DNA of 52,774 nt, counting the filler, from Bipalium vagum (Eukaryota): NCBI GenBank assembly GCA_037834085.1. It is 3 parts of 3 records of this genome, joined end to end, with 100 filler letters (N's around TTAATTAATTAA, not from the genome) between each part and the next. Parts side by side here need not be neighbours in the genome. Positions count along the whole stretch, not along the records: positions 37,097 to 52,774 come from JBBMKC010152676.1; 2 more parts are not named here. One strand, given 5' to 3'. The translations under genes and the position numbers were made by a program. Positions 52,140 to 52,774 of this stretch are shown here, piece by piece. The notes under the pieces are model-generated. The model ran no database searches, was not told the origin of the DNA, and saw only the letters and a list, made by a program, of their open reading frames with translations. Numbering within the stretch: position 1 is the first letter of the stretch; each line of letters begins with the position of its first letter.

Positions 52140-52774
52140 CTAAATGTTTGTTTAATAAATAAATTTGTTTATATCAGCTCTGTGAAAACGTTTCTTATTA
52201 CCAATAGTCTTTAATTGACAATAAATACCAGCAAGATGCATTTACGTGGTTTGAAAAAAGCTGTCAGTTACTTCAGAAAATCATATGAGAAAATTTATGA
52301 AAAATAATTATTTTTCTCATTTTCCCGGAAGAAAATGGCTATCAAAACTGCATGAAACTAAATTTCGATGATTTTTAATGATAAAAGAAAACAATTAAAT
52401 ATTTTCCAGATTATTATAATAAAAATAATATATATAAATAAATAAAAATATAAATAAATTTTTGTTTTAAATGATAAATAAATTACATTTTTATATTTAA
52501 AATTTTACGGTTTTACAGGTTTTGAAATTATGCCAAATTTGAAGTCGTCATTTCAAACAAAAAATTGTAAATAATAAAATATAAATATAATTATTTTCTA
52601 TTGATATGTTTCATGAATATTGACTGATGTTAATTCCAAAATATTGTTTAATTGAAAAAAAAATTGTAAAAATATTTCCAAAAAATAAATCCTAATTGAC
52701 AATCTCTACTAAGAAAAGTTTTAAAATAAATTTTTTTTTCATAGAACAGAATTGCAATATTTATTATTAAGATC

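Noticed and set aside
52202-52260. Candidate further upstream DDR exon (MHLAGIYCQLKTI, reminiscent of VHLCE)
   Set aside because: The donor at 52201 fits phase 1, but a TAA precedes the peptide and no AG acceptor lies in between; it cannot be supported without transcripts.

Overview
Very AT-rich (roughly 75-80% by eye) draft-assembly DNA from an animal. The GT-AG introns, density of decayed mariner elements and short-intron style suggest a planarian-type flatworm, but that is inference. The only host gene I can support is the 3' (kinase) half of a discoidin-domain-receptor (DDR)-like receptor tyrosine kinase on the minus strand: five exons between 41662 and 52139, with the 5' part apparently beyond the window. 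Its kinase domain is atypical: DFG->DLA, the APE-equivalent Glu->Gln, one of three activation-loop tyrosines left, and a ~32-aa activation-loop insert containing an in-frame 45-nt GT..AG segment. The first ~41 kb and the large introns are a graveyard of transposons: many mariner/Tc1/rosa/pogo relics (one cleanly nested), hAT relics, MITEs and solo LTRs. There are also two copies of a tRNA-Ala-like cassette framed by inverted repeats and one near-perfect 36-bp hairpin. Three assembly gaps are present, two with an artificial TTAATTAATTAA spacer. I found no prokaryote-style system (CRISPR, operon). All calls come from manual reading; no database search was run, and boundaries of decayed elements are approximate.
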